From NCBI GenBank assembly GCA_045537365.1, contig JAZSPJ010000137.1, positions 1 to 56,464 on the forward strand: a stretch of 56,464 nt of DNA, read 5' to 3'. Shown piece by piece: positions 7,875 to 18,778 of this stretch. Position numbers and translations under genes: made by a program. The notes below the pieces were generated by a model, which had not been told where the DNA came from, ran no database searches, and saw only the letters and a list, made by a program, of their open reading frames with translations. This DNA comes from Clostridia bacterium. Lineage in GTDB: Bacteria; Bacillota; Clostridia; UMGS1810. Every line of letters begins with the position of its first letter. Positions within the stretch are counted from its first letter, which is position 1.

Positions 7875-7910
7875 TAAACATCCTCCTTCAATACAGTATT
7901 CTGTAATTAA

Positions 7911-7939
7911 ATTATATCAGTATTAAAAGCCTGTGTCAA
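7911..7939 (-). promoter_or_regulatory. Consensus sigma-A promoter of the citrate synthase gene
   Basis: Minus strand reads TTGACA, 17 nt, TATAAT. Confidence 0.6.
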
Positions 7940-8017
7940 CAAAGGAAAACATTGCAGTTAAAAAATTAACAGTATGTTAATATATCAAATAATTTTTGAA
8001 AAACCTTGTATTAAAGG

Positions 8018-8046
8018 TTTACATTTTTAATGAAATGTGATACAAT
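8018..8046 (+). promoter_or_regulatory. Promoter of the miaB operon
   Basis: TTTACA, 17 nt, TGaTACAAT. Confidence 0.5.
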
Positions 8047-8092
8047 TATATAATAATGGATTAATATATACATTTTGATTTGGAGTTTGATT

Positions 8093-9526
8093 ATGAGAAG
8101 CAGAAAAGAAGTGCTTGTGTCGCCTGAGGAGGCGAAAAAGCAAAAGGATATATCAGGAAAAATTAAAGATTTTTTAAGTGAAAAACAGCTCAGCTTGAAA
8201 GCATATATAGAAACCTACGGATGTCAGCAAAATGTTAATGATTCCGAAATTTTAGCAGGTATGCTCAGCTCTATGGGCTTTGAAATTACGGAAAATAAGG
8301 ACGGGGCAGACCTTATTTTATACAACACCTGCGCGGTAAGAGAAAATGCAGAGCTTAAGGTTTTTGGAAACCTTGGGGCGCTTAAGCACATTAAAGCCAA
8401 AAAGCCCGATTTAATAATAGGCGTTTGCGGTTGTATGATGCAACAGGAAAGTATACAAAAGCAGATAAAGCAAAAGTACAAGCATGTAGATATTGTGTTC
8501 GGCACACATTCACTGTATAGCTTTCCGGAGCTTTTAAGCTATGTTATTGAGGACAGGCAGAGGGTTTTTGATATACAGGATATTGACGGCAGAATTGCCG
8601 AGGGTTTACCTGTTTTGCGTAAAGGCGGCGCGTGCGCGTGGGTATCGGTTATGTATGGGTGCAACAATTTTTGCACATACTGTATAGTGCCTTATGTAAG
8701 GGGCAGAGAGCGAAGCCGTGACAGTGCCGAGATTTTAAAAGAAATAACTTACCTTGCACAAGAGGGCTATAAAGAGGTAACCCTTTTAGGGCAGAATGTA
8801 AATTCCTACGGTAATGATTTTGAGCCTGACGAAAACGGTAACAAAACAGATTTTGCCGACCTTTTGAAAATGGTATGCAAAATTGACGGCATAGAGCGCG
8901 TGCGTTTTATGACAAGCCACCCAAAAGATATAAGCGATAAGCTTATAGACACAATGGCAGTCGAGCCTAAAATATGTAAGCAACTGCACCTTCCTGTACA
9001 GGCGGGCAGTAACAGTGTGCTCAAGGCCATGAACAGACGGTACACAAAAGAGGACTATCTTGCAAAGGTTAAAAAAATCCGTGAAAAGATGCCCGATATT
9101 GTGCTTACAACCGATATTATAGTAGGCTTTCCGGGTGAAACCGCCAAGGATTTTACGGAAACAATAGATGTGCTCGAAAAGGCACGGTATGACTCGGTAT
9201 TTTCGTTTATATATTCAAAACGTCCCGGAACACCTGCATCAAAAATGGACGATTGTTTAACCGATGCCGAGAAAAAGAAAAACTTTAATAAACTGCTTGA
9301 GGTGCAGGACAGAATTTCAAAAGAGATTAACGATACCTACGAAGGTAAAATTTTAAAGGTGCTTGCCGAAGGACCGAGTAAAACCAATCCTGATGTTCTG
9401 GCAGGCAGAACAGAGGGCGGTAAAACAGTTAATTTTAAAGGCGATGAAAGCCATATAGGCAAAATGCTTGATGTTAAAATTACCGAGGCAAAAACCTGGT
9501 CGCTTATAGGCGAAATAGTTGAATGA
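8093..9526 (+). CDS. miaB: tRNA-2-methylthio-N6-dimethylallyladenosine synthase (radical SAM)
   Basis: YIETYGCQQN N-terminal cluster, CNNFCTYCIVP radical-SAM motif, C-terminal TRAM domain. The ATG lies 8 nt after GGAG. Confidence 0.9.
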   Translation: MRSRKEVLVSPEEAKKQKDISGKIKDFLSEKQLSLKAYIETYGCQQNVNDSEILAGMLSSMGFEITENKDGADLILYNTCAVRENAELKVFGNLGALKHIKAKKPDLIIGVCGCMMQQESIQKQIKQKYKHVDIVFGTHSLYSFPELLSYVIEDRQRVFDIQDIDGRIAEGLPVLRKGGACAWVSVMYGCNNFCTYCIVPYVRGRERSRDSAEILKEITYLAQEGYKEVTLLGQNVNSYGNDFEPDENGNKTDFADLLKMVCKIDGIERVRFMTSHPKDISDKLIDTMAVEPKICKQLHLPVQAGSNSVLKAMNRRYTKEDYLAKVKKIREKMPDIVLTTDIIVGFPGETAKDFTETIDVLEKARYDSVFSFIYSKRPGTPASKMDDCLTDAEKKKNFNKLLEVQDRISKEINDTYEGKILKVLAEGPSKTNPDVLAGRTEGGKTVNFKGDESHIGKMLDVKITEAKTWSLIGEIVE

Positions 9527-9538
9527 GAGGATTAAAAA

Positions 9539-9934
9539 ATGGATAAAAATACAATACTTGAAAAAGCAAAAGAGCTTGGTATGATGATTGCCGAGAGTGA
9601 CGAGTTTAAACAGGCAAAAGAGGCAGAGCAAAAACAGTTAGACGACCCTGAGGCTCAGAAGCTTATGGCAGAATATATAAAAAGGCGCGAGGAGCTATCA
9701 GAGCGTGCATCTAATCCTGATCTTACAAAAGAGGAATACGAAAAAATCATGCTCGATGCACAGGCAGAATTTGCAAGACTGTGCATTAATGATAACATAA
9801 AAAATTACCTTGACAAAAACAAAGAGTTTTCCGATTTGGTGGAAAAGGTAAATGCCATAATAGTGCATTTTGTTAAGGGAGATGACCAGTCGGGTTGCTC
9901 AGGCAGTTGTTCGGGCTGTTCGGGATGCAGATAA
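9539..9934 (+). CDS. YlbF/YmcA-family regulatory protein with a Cys-rich C-terminal tail
   Basis: 131-aa helical protein whose tail is GCSGSCSGCSGCR. Its position between miaB and mutS is common in Firmicutes. Confidence 0.65.
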   Translation: MDKNTILEKAKELGMMIAESDEFKQAKEAEQKQLDDPEAQKLMAEYIKRREELSERASNPDLTKEEYEKIMLDAQAEFARLCINDNIKNYLDKNKEFSDLVEKVNAIIVHFVKGDDQSGCSGSCSGCSGCR

Positions 9935-9966
9935 TTTACAAAAGTTAACGAAAAGAGGCGTATGAA

Positions 9967-12585
9967 GTGAGCAAAGATGTTACACCTATGATGAAGCAGT
10001 ATATTGAAATTAAAAACGAATATGAGGATTGCATTTTGTTTTTCCGCCTTGGCGACTTTTACGAAATGTTTTTTGACGATGCAATAAAGGCATCCAAAAT
10101 ACTTGAAATAACATTAACGGGTAAGGATTGCGGTATGGAGGAAAGAGCACCTATGTGCGGTGTACCTTTTCACAGTGCCGAGGGTTATATAGCAAAGCTT
10201 GTAAAGGCAGGCTTAAAGGTTGCAATATGCGAGCAGGTTGAGGACCCTCAGACAGCAAAGGGCATAGTTAAAAGAGACGTTGTGCGTGTTGTAACACCCG
10301 GTACTGTTAATATGGATATTGCTTTTTCGGGCAGTGATAATAACTTTTTAGCATCCGTATATATTGGCGATGACGGCTATGGCGTAGCATTTGCCGATGT
10401 TTCAACAGGCGAGCTTGTTACATCTGACGGGGAGTTTGAAATAACCGAAAATCAGCTTTTAAATACAATTGCCTGCTTTAAACCCACCGAAATTATAATA
10501 AACAATAACGCATCAAGGTACTCAAAAATGTTTGGCGCTTTAAGACAGAGATTTGAGTTTTTTGACAGCTATTTAAGCGAGGATTTATACACTTGGGATT
10601 TTGCCGAAGGCAAGGTAAAGGAAAAATTTAAAGTATTTTCGCTTGACCGTATAGGCTTAGAGGGGAAACAAAACTGTGTAAAAGCCCTTGGCGCAATGTT
10701 AGATTACCTTGAACAAACCCAAAAAACCGACCTTTCGCACATAAGCGAGGTTAAATATTATAAGACGGGCGAATGCCTTGAAATAGATATAAATTCAAGA
10801 CGAAACCTTGAGCTTTGCGAAACCCTGAGGGATAAAACCAAAAGAGGCTCTCTTTTCGGTATACTTGATAAAACCAAAACCGCAATGGGTACAAGGCGGT
10901 TAAAAAGCTGGATAGACAGACCGCTAATATCCTCAAAGCAGATAAACCGCCGTCTTGATGCGGTAGATGAGCTTGTATCAAGGCTCGATTTAAGAGAGGG
11001 GCTTACAAATGCCCTTAAAAATGTAAATGATATAGAGCGTATTATAAGTAAAATAGTATACGGCACCTGCAATGCAAGAGACCTTATTGCACTTAAAACA
11101 AGCTTTGAGGTGTTTCCGGAAATATACAGCTATTTATCATCCGCAAGGAGCGAGTTTTTAGCATCTGTATTTGCCGAGTTTGATGTTATGAGCGAATTAA
11201 GGGAGCTTATAGAATCGGCAATAGTTGACGACCCGCCGATTACAATCCGTGAGGGCGGTATGATAAAAAGGGGATTTGATGCGGAGCTTGATAAGCTTGT
11301 TGAAATTGTAACAAACGGTTCGGGATACCTTGCAAAGCTTGAAGCAGATGAAAGGGAAAAAACAGGTATTAAAAACCTTAAAATATCCTTCAATAAGGTT
11401 TTTGGTTACTATATTGAGGTTTCAAACTCACAAAAGGACAAAGTACCCGAAACCTATATAAGAAAGCAAACCCTTGTAAATGCCGAAAGGTTTATAACTC
11501 AGGAGCTTAAGGATATAGAAAATACAATACTCGGCTCAAGGGAGAGGGTAAACAACCTTGAATACGAGGACTTTATGTATGTAAGGGGTGTAATTTCCAA
11601 AGAAATTGAAAAGCTTAAAAAATGTGCAAAGCTTGTTTCGGTAACAGATGTTCTGTGTTCGCTTGCAACCGTAGCTGTTGCAAACGATTATCAGCGTCCA
11701 AGTATTACAGATACAGATGTTATAGATATTAAAGACGGCAGACACCCCATAGTTGAAAAACATTTAACAGATACATTTTTTGTGCCGAATGATACATATT
11801 TAGATACGGGCGACAGTATGGTATCCATAATAACCGGGCCCAATATGGCAGGTAAATCAACTTATATGAGGCAAACAGCTTTAATTGTGCTTATGGCGCA
11901 GATAGGAAGCTTTGTACCTGCGAAATCTGCAAGCATCGGCGTTGTGGATAAAATATTTACAAGAGTAGGTGCATCCGATGACCTTGCATCAGGTCAGAGT
12001 ACCTTTATGGTAGAGATGAACGAGGTTGCCAATATACTTAAAAATGCAACCAATAAAAGCCTTATAATTCTTGACGAAATAGGCAGAGGTACAAGCACTT
12101 ATGACGGACTTTCAATAGCATGGGCAGTTGCCGAATATATAGGCGACAGAGAGAAAATAGGTGCAAAAACACTTTTTGCAACACATTATCATGAGCTTAT
12201 CCGACTTGAAAATAAAATGGACGGAATTAAAAACTACTCCATAGCAGTAAAAAAACGCGGTGACGATATTACCTTCCTCCGCAAAATTGTTAAAGGCGGA
12301 ACTGACGACAGCTTTGGTATTCAGGTTGCGCTTTTAGCAGGAGTACCCGAAGCGGTTACCGACCGTGCAAAACAGATACTTGCATCAATCGAGGCGGACA
12401 ACCCTAAAAAAGAGCTTGATATATCCCCTCTCGATAAAACGGAAACTTGCACACCCGTCTATACTGTGAGCGACGAAATTGCAGAGCAGATTTTAAATAT
12501 TGATATATCAACCTTAACACCTATTGAAGCTATGAACGAATTGTATAAATTGCAGAAAAAGGTAAGTGAATTAAATGAAAATTAA
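9967..12585 (+). CDS. mutS: DNA mismatch repair protein MutS
   Basis: 872 aa. TPMMKQY N-terminus and Walker A GPNMAGKST. Confidence 0.97.
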   Translation: MSKDVTPMMKQYIEIKNEYEDCILFFRLGDFYEMFFDDAIKASKILEITLTGKDCGMEERAPMCGVPFHSAEGYIAKLVKAGLKVAICEQVEDPQTAKGIVKRDVVRVVTPGTVNMDIAFSGSDNNFLASVYIGDDGYGVAFADVSTGELVTSDGEFEITENQLLNTIACFKPTEIIINNNASRYSKMFGALRQRFEFFDSYLSEDLYTWDFAEGKVKEKFKVFSLDRIGLEGKQNCVKALGAMLDYLEQTQKTDLSHISEVKYYKTGECLEIDINSRRNLELCETLRDKTKRGSLFGILDKTKTAMGTRRLKSWIDRPLISSKQINRRLDAVDELVSRLDLREGLTNALKNVNDIERIISKIVYGTCNARDLIALKTSFEVFPEIYSYLSSARSEFLASVFAEFDVMSELRELIESAIVDDPPITIREGGMIKRGFDAELDKLVEIVTNGSGYLAKLEADEREKTGIKNLKISFNKVFGYYIEVSNSQKDKVPETYIRKQTLVNAERFITQELKDIENTILGSRERVNNLEYEDFMYVRGVISKEIEKLKKCAKLVSVTDVLCSLATVAVANDYQRPSITDTDVIDIKDGRHPIVEKHLTDTFFVPNDTYLDTGDSMVSIITGPNMAGKSTYMRQTALIVLMAQIGSFVPAKSASIGVVDKIFTRVGASDDLASGQSTFMVEMNEVANILKNATNKSLIILDEIGRGTSTYDGLSIAWAVAEYIGDREKIGAKTLFATHYHELIRLENKMDGIKNYSIAVKKRGDDITFLRKIVKGGTDDSFGIQVALLAGVPEAVTDRAKQILASIEADNPKKELDISPLDKTETCTPVYTVSDEIAEQILNIDISTLTPIEAMNELYKLQKKVSELNEN

Positions 12586-14557
12586 TGTATTGCCCCCGCA
12601 TATAGCAAATATGATTGCGGCAGGCGAGGTGGTTGAAAGACCTGCCTCGGCTGTAAAGGAAATGATAGAAAATTCAATAGATGCAGGAGCCGGCAACATT
12701 ACTGTTGAAATTAAAAAAGGCGGTATGACATATATCCGTGTTACCGATAACGGCTGCGGTATTGAGTATGACCAGGCAGAAACCGCTTTTTTAAGGCACG
12801 CAACAAGCAAAATAAAAACCCAGCAGGATTTGGAGGCTATATATACACTTGGCTTTCGCGGTGAGGCACTTGCAAGCATTGCAGCGGTATCGGTTATAGA
12901 TGTATTTACCAAAACCCCCGATTCAAAGTTTGGAGCAGCTTTAAGCTTAGAGGGCGGAGTTGTTACGGAAAAATCCGAATCAGGATGCCCTGACGGCACA
13001 ACCATTGTTATAAAAAACCTGTTTTATAACACCCCTGCCCGAATGAAATTTTTAAAAAACGATGCTACCGAAACAGCTTATGTAACCGATGTGGTAAATA
13101 AAATGATACTTGCCAATCCAAATGTTAAAATTAAGCTTATAAACAACGGTAAAACTGTAATACAGTCGCAGGGCTCAGGCAGTCTTGCAGATGCGGTTTT
13201 TGCGGTTTTCGGCAAAGAGTACAAAGATAATATGATGACCATTGACTATACAAGCGAAGGTATTCACGTAAGCGGTATGGTGGGCAATCAATCTCTTGCA
13301 AGGCGGGACAGACGGCATCAGGTATTTTTTGTGAACGGCAGAAGCATAATAAGCAAAACTGCATCTATGGCTTTATCCGAGGCATTTAAAAACAACCTTA
13401 TGGTAGGAAAATTTCCTGTTGCGGTTTTAAATATTGATATAAATAATGCACTTGTTGATGTAAATGTGCATCCTGCAAAAACTGAGGTTCGTTTTTCTGA
13501 CGATAAGGCTGTATATCAGGCGATTTACTGGGCTGTAAAAAATGCACTTACAGATACAAAGTATATACCTGAAATGAATATTAAGCCCGCTTTTGAAAGA
13601 CCGATTGTTGAACAGGCAAAACCGATTGTGTCAAAAGAGGAATATGTACCTAAAAAGCCAGAAAGCATATCGGATATTGCACCTAAAAAGGCGGAGACAT
13701 CAAAGCCTATTGAGCCTGCTTTAAAAAAGGCAGAGCCAAAGGCTGAAAACACAGCTAAAGAGGAAGCGTATGTTCCTCAAAGGAGCACAAACAGCTTTAA
13801 CGCACCTAAAAAGGCTGATGTATCCATGCTTAAGGACGATTATATTGAATCGCCCAAAAAGGACGAGCCTTTAAAAGAGGTAAACACAGCTACACAAACA
13901 GAGCAATATGTGCCTCAAAGCGCACCTAAGACAGATGAAAAACAAACGGAACAGAGCCTTGTGTCAACCTCTGACGAAAAAATACCGTTTAAATATGCAG
14001 GGCAGGTGTTCGATACATATATAATAGCCGAAAGTATGGGCAAAATGCTGTTGGTTGACCAGCACGCAGGCCATGAAAGACTGTATTTTGAGGAGTTTTT
14101 AGAGGATTACAAAAACAAAAAGTTTCAGTCGCAGGTGCTTTTAATACCCGCTGTTGTAAAGCTTGATCCTGTTGCGTATCAGACGGCATCTGAAAGCCTT
14201 GAGTTTTTTAAGGAGCTTGGCTTTGAGCTTGACTTATTCGGCGACAGCGATATTGTGGTAAGAATGACGCCGTATATTATGGAGGAGCATATAATAAAAG
14301 ACACCGTAACCGAAATTGTGAACTTGCTTATAAAAAACAGGGTTGATGTAAAAGGCGGGCTTTACGAGGAAGCACTTCATACAATGGCATGCAAACGGGC
14401 GGTAAAGGGCAATCACACTCTTTCGCAGAAAGAGGCAGAGAGCCTACTTGAGCGCATACTTGCCCTTAAGGATATTAACACCTGCCCGCACGGCAGACCT
14501 ATTATGATAGAAATGACAAAGTATCAGCTTGAAAAGCAGTTTAAAAGAATAGTATAA
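12575..14557 (+). CDS. mutL: DNA mismatch repair endonuclease MutL
   Basis: IAAGEVVERPASAVKEMIENSIDAG GHKL ATPase N-terminus and DQHAGHERL endonuclease motif. It overlaps mutS by 11 nt. Confidence 0.97.
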   Translation: MKINVLPPHIANMIAAGEVVERPASAVKEMIENSIDAGAGNITVEIKKGGMTYIRVTDNGCGIEYDQAETAFLRHATSKIKTQQDLEAIYTLGFRGEALASIAAVSVIDVFTKTPDSKFGAALSLEGGVVTEKSESGCPDGTTIVIKNLFYNTPARMKFLKNDATETAYVTDVVNKMILANPNVKIKLINNGKTVIQSQGSGSLADAVFAVFGKEYKDNMMTIDYTSEGIHVSGMVGNQSLARRDRRHQVFFVNGRSIISKTASMALSEAFKNNLMVGKFPVAVLNIDINNALVDVNVHPAKTEVRFSDDKAVYQAIYWAVKNALTDTKYIPEMNIKPAFERPIVEQAKPIVSKEEYVPKKPESISDIAPKKAETSKPIEPALKKAEPKAENTAKEEAYVPQRSTNSFNAPKKADVSMLKDDYIESPKKDEPLKEVNTATQTEQYVPQSAPKTDEKQTEQSLVSTSDEKIPFKYAGQVFDTYIIAESMGKMLLVDQHAGHERLYFEEFLEDYKNKKFQSQVLLIPAVVKLDPVAYQTASESLEFFKELGFELDLFGDSDIVVRMTPYIMEEHIIKDTVTEIVNLLIKNRVDVKGGLYEEALHTMACKRAVKGNHTLSQKEAESLLERILALKDINTCPHGRPIMIEMTKYQLEKQFKRIV

Positions 14558-14569
14558 AAGGGTGATAAA

Positions 14570-15517
14570 ATGTTATCGGCAGTTGCAATTGTAGGCCCGA
14601 CGGGAGTAGGAAAAACCGAAACCTCGGTGCTTGTTGCAAAAAAACTTAATACTTGCATTATATCCTGCGATTCTATGCAGGTGTATAAAGGTATGGATAT
14701 TGGCACTGCAAAGGTTACTAAAGATGAAATGCAGGGTGTTAAGCATTATATGATAGATATTGCCGAGCCTACCCAAAGCTTTAGTGTAGGAGATTATGTT
14801 GAGCTTGCAAAGCCTATTATGGAAAAAATATGGGGTGACGGAAAAATACCCATAATTGCAGGGGGTACAGGCCTTTATGCCGACTCTCTTTTAAACGGAA
14901 CGGAGTTCGGCGAGGGCGAAAAGGATTTAAAATACCGCACTGAGCTTGAAAGCCTTGCCGAAAAGCAGGGCGCACAGCATTTGCACAGTATGCTTGAAAA
15001 TGTGGATTTTGAGAGTGCAAAAGCCATACACCCAAACAATATAAAGCGTGTTATAAGAGCGCTTGAATATTATCACATAACAGGTGAGCCAATAAGCGAG
15101 CATAATAAAAAAACACAAAAAATACCATCACCTTATAATGCCTGTTATATAGGGCTTACCAGAAACCGTGATGAGCTTTATGAGCGAATAGACCGCCGTG
15201 TGGATATTATGATGCAAAACGGACTGGTTGACGAGGTTAAGCGCATTGTGGCGCAGGGCGTCAACAAAAGCCATACGGCTATGCAGGCACTCGGTTACAA
15301 GGAAATATACGATTATATTCGGGGCTTTTCAACACTTGGCGAGGCGGTAAGACTTATTAAAAGGGATTCCCGTCATTATGCCAAAAGGCAAATGACATGG
15401 TTTAACAGAAACAAAAATATTCATTGGATAAACTTAAGTGAGGTAAGCAATTCCAAAGAGGCGTCCAAGCTTTGCACAGATATTATAAAAAGTGCGTTTA
15501 ATGAAAGGATTGATTAA
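14570..15517 (+). CDS. miaA: tRNA dimethylallyltransferase
   Basis: GPTGVGKT P-loop and DSMQVYKGMDIGTAK. Confidence 0.95.
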   Translation: MLSAVAIVGPTGVGKTETSVLVAKKLNTCIISCDSMQVYKGMDIGTAKVTKDEMQGVKHYMIDIAEPTQSFSVGDYVELAKPIMEKIWGDGKIPIIAGGTGLYADSLLNGTEFGEGEKDLKYRTELESLAEKQGAQHLHSMLENVDFESAKAIHPNNIKRVIRALEYYHITGEPISEHNKKTQKIPSPYNACYIGLTRNRDELYERIDRRVDIMMQNGLVDEVKRIVAQGVNKSHTAMQALGYKEIYDYIRGFSTLGEAVRLIKRDSRHYAKRQMTWFNRNKNIHWINLSEVSNSKEASKLCTDIIKSAFNERID

Positions 15518-16738
15518 ATGAAAAAACTGTTATTAAAAATACTAATTATCGTGCTTACGGTATTTATAACAGTAAATATAATAAAATGGGTATCTGCATC
15601 GGTAAAAACCGAAATTGCTATGAGCGGAACACTTGAAAAAGCCTATACCTACGAGGGCATTATAATAAGGGACGAGCATGCTGTAAGCGCAAAATCCAAA
15701 GGTGTGCTTGAAACCAAGGCAGGCGAGGGTGAGCTTGTAAAGAAAAACAAGCATATAGGCAGTGTTTATTACGGAGATATGGATAACGAAACACAAAAAA
15801 AGCTGGCATCTATAAATCAGCGTATAAACGAGATAACACAATCCCGCTCCGCAGGCGAAATATACTCTAACGATATTTATAAAATCGAGGCAGGCATAAA
15901 CTCAAAGGTAAACGATATTATAAATGCAGGCTTAAGCCGTAATATGGAAATGACGGCTCTTTTAAAAAACGAGATAGATGCTCTTATCGATAAGAAAAAA
16001 TCCATAAACGGCGAAACCGAAACAAAGGATAATATTTTAAACGATTTGTATAATCAAAAGGCAGAAATCGAGGGCAAGTACAATGCCACAAAAGAGGATT
16101 TGTTTTCACCCTCGGCTGGAATGTTCTCTACAAAGGTAGACGGCTTTGAAAATATACTAAATCCGTCAATTATAAAAAATATGACGGTTGAGGATTACCG
16201 TACACTTAAAAAGACCAAGCCCGAAAATGCTGAAAACGGCGAAAATTCAAGCGCAATATGTAAAATAGTAAACAGCTTTGAATGGTCGGTTTTAATACTT
16301 GCGAACTACGATTTAATGGACCATATAAAGCTTGGCAAACAGGTTTATATCCGTTTTGAAAATCAGCCCGATATACTTGCTTATGTTTCGTACATATCAC
16401 CTCAGGACGGCGGTAAATATGTTGTTGGCATAACATCAAGCTATAGCAGTAATTTTGCTATGAACAGCCGTTTTGCAAAGCTTGAGCTTATAACCGAAAA
16501 ATATACGGGTTTAAAAGTACCGCTTTCAGCCGTAAGAGTGCAAAAGGACGGCAAAAAGGGAGTTTATACAGTAAATAATTCGGCTATGAAATTTAAAAGC
16601 GCCGATGTTATATATAACGATGGCAAATATGCAATAATAGAGCAAAAGAATAATGAGGAAAACTACTTGCTTTTATATGATGAGGTAATAATATCCGACG
16701 GCAAGCACTACGACGGCAAACGGGTAGATTTACATTAG
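15518..16738 (+). CDS. Membrane-anchored coiled-coil protein, HlyD-like (hypothetical)
   Basis: N-terminal TM helix, a long coiled-coil, and a beta-rich C-terminus. The family assignment is tentative. Confidence 0.45.
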   Translation: MKKLLLKILIIVLTVFITVNIIKWVSASVKTEIAMSGTLEKAYTYEGIIIRDEHAVSAKSKGVLETKAGEGELVKKNKHIGSVYYGDMDNETQKKLASINQRINEITQSRSAGEIYSNDIYKIEAGINSKVNDIINAGLSRNMEMTALLKNEIDALIDKKKSINGETETKDNILNDLYNQKAEIEGKYNATKEDLFSPSAGMFSTKVDGFENILNPSIIKNMTVEDYRTLKKTKPENAENGENSSAICKIVNSFEWSVLILANYDLMDHIKLGKQVYIRFENQPDILAYVSYISPQDGGKYVVGITSSYSSNFAMNSRFAKLELITEKYTGLKVPLSAVRVQKDGKKGVYTVNNSAMKFKSADVIYNDGKYAIIEQKNNEENYLLLYDEVIISDGKHYDGKRVDLH

Positions 16739-16749
16739 GAGGTAATATT

Positions 16750-17430
16750 GTGTCAGTAGAAAAAAACTATACTGAAATTAAACAAAGGGTATATGATGCC
16801 TGCAGACGTGTTGGCAGAAATCCGGACGAGGTTACAATTCTGGCGGTTACCAAAACCCAGCCCGCTGATAAAATCAATCAGGCGGTTGAACTTGGACTTA
16901 ACCAAATCGGTGAAAACAGAGTACAGGAATTGCTATCAAAGTACGATAGCGTAAATGGCGGTGCCAAATGGCACTTAATAGGAAGCCTTCAGACCAACAA
17001 GGTTAAATATATTGCCGATAAGGTGTGTATGATACACTCGGTTGACAGCCTAAGGCTTGCAGAGGAAATAGACAGGCAGTGCAAAAAAATAAATAAGGTT
17101 ATGGATATACTTATCGAGGTAAATGTGTCGGGTGAGGAAACCAAGCACGGCATATCTCCAAATGAAGTTGAGAGCTTTATAAAAGAGCTTTCGCACTTAA
17201 AAAACATAAGCATAAGCGGGTTTATGACAATGGCACCATTTGATGCACCTGAGGATGAAATAAGAGCAGTTTTTGCAAATTTGTATAAAATGTATGTTGA
17301 CATATCGCAAAAAAAATATGATAATATTAATATGAGATATTTATCTATGGGAATGAGCAACGATTTTGAAATAGCAGTTGAGGAAGGCGCAAATATAGTA
17401 AGAATAGGTACAAGCCTTTTTAAAGATTAA
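16750..17430 (+). CDS. yggS: YggS/YlmE-family PLP-binding protein
   Basis: GTG start after AGGAGG. Motifs LAVTKT, HLIGSLQTNK and YLSMGMSNDF. Confidence 0.9.
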   Translation: MSVEKNYTEIKQRVYDACRRVGRNPDEVTILAVTKTQPADKINQAVELGLNQIGENRVQELLSKYDSVNGGAKWHLIGSLQTNKVKYIADKVCMIHSVDSLRLAEEIDRQCKKINKVMDILIEVNVSGEETKHGISPNEVESFIKELSHLKNISISGFMTMAPFDAPEDEIRAVFANLYKMYVDISQKKYDNINMRYLSMGMSNDFEIAVEEGANIVRIGTSLFKD

Positions 17431-17450
17431 TTAAATGGAGGATATTCGTA

Positions 17451-17951
17451 ATGAGTAAATTAATGGATTGGGTAATGAGTACAATGGGTGACGATGACGA
17501 TTTGGATGAAATCCAGCCCGAAAAAACTGAAAGACGGGAAAAAAGAGAAAGGGATATAAGACACAGACCTGAAACTGGCGACTATAACGATAATTCCTTT
17601 GGTTATTCGTTAAGCCAGAGAGGCGACGACACACCAAGAAAGAGCAAGGTCGTAAATATACATACAACAGCACAGCTTAAGGTTGTTGTGGTACAACCGC
17701 AAACTTATGACGACAGCACAGAAATTGTAGACCATCTTAAATCCAAAAAGCCTGTTATAGTAAATCTTGAAAAGCTTGAAAAAGAGCTTGCACGCAAGGT
17801 TGTAGACTTTTTAAGCGGTGCAGTATATGCGCTTGACGGAAGTATGCAAAAGGTATCACACGGTATTATACTTATGGTACCGTACAATATGGGCATAATG
17901 GGCGATTTCAGCGACGAGCTTAAAACACAGGGCTTGTTTGATATTTTTTAA
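17451..17951 (+). CDS. sepF: Cell division protein SepF
   Basis: Disordered N-terminus followed by a conserved C-terminal domain (VVVVQPQTYDDSTEIVDHLKSKKPVIVNL). Confidence 0.9.
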   Translation: MSKLMDWVMSTMGDDDDLDEIQPEKTERREKRERDIRHRPETGDYNDNSFGYSLSQRGDDTPRKSKVVNIHTTAQLKVVVVQPQTYDDSTEIVDHLKSKKPVIVNLEKLEKELARKVVDFLSGAVYALDGSMQKVSHGIILMVPYNMGIMGDFSDELKTQGLFDIF

Positions 17952-17957
17952 TTTGGT

Positions 17958-18743
17958 ATGATAAACAGACAAACGGCATTATTCGGTCTTACATCGCCAG
18001 AGGATAAAACTCTGGTTTCGTCAATGTGCGATAAGGCTGAAAAAAGCATTTTTTCGGGAACTGTAATGTTTACAAAATTTTTATCACCCCGTGAGGTCAA
18101 TATGGCGACCTCAAGGCTTGGACTTTTTGTTAGGGTTGAAAGCTTTGGCGGATTTAAAGATGCCGAAAGATGTGTAGTATCTTTTTCGGACAGCGCTTAT
18201 GACGGCGAAATACCGTCATATATGTACCCCGTGCAGGCAATTAAGATAAAAACAAAAAACAAAACAGTATATTCCCACCGTGATTACCTCGGCTCGCTTA
18301 TGAACCTTGGTATATCGAGGGATTTACTTGGCGATATAGTTATAAATGACAACTCGGCAGTGCTGTTTTGTCTTGAGGAAATTGCCGATTATATCATGTA
18401 TAACCTTACAAAGGTTTCAAATACGGGTGTTGTGCTTGAAATGTGTGAAATCATACAGCTTGATATGCCCGAAAAACAGTTTAAACAGCTTTCAAAAACA
18501 GTTGCGTCAGAGAGGCTTGACTGCATTGTAAGCACTTTAATCAACAAATCACGGTCATCGGCAAGCGAGCTTATAGACAGAGGACTTGTAACGGTGAACT
18601 ATGAAATAGTAAAAAACCAATCCCATCAGGTAAAAGATTGTTCAACGCTTTCTGTAAGGGGCTTTGGTAAATTTTATATTGAATACGGCGAGGGATTAAG
18701 CAAAAAAGGTAAAATTAAATTGAATATAAAACAATATATTTAG
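17958..18743 (+). CDS. ylmH: YlmH-like RNA-binding (S4 domain) protein
   Basis: C-terminal S4-like RLDCIVS...RSSASELIDRGLVTVN. It is syntenic with sepF and divIVA. Confidence 0.8.
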   Translation: MINRQTALFGLTSPEDKTLVSSMCDKAEKSIFSGTVMFTKFLSPREVNMATSRLGLFVRVESFGGFKDAERCVVSFSDSAYDGEIPSYMYPVQAIKIKTKNKTVYSHRDYLGSLMNLGISRDLLGDIVINDNSAVLFCLEEIADYIMYNLTKVSNTGVVLEMCEIIQLDMPEKQFKQLSKTVASERLDCIVSTLINKSRSSASELIDRGLVTVNYEIVKNQSHQVKDCSTLSVRGFGKFYIEYGEGLSKKGKIKLNIKQYI

Positions 18744-18778
18744 TATGCAATTTGATACACAAAGGAAAGGTGATACAA

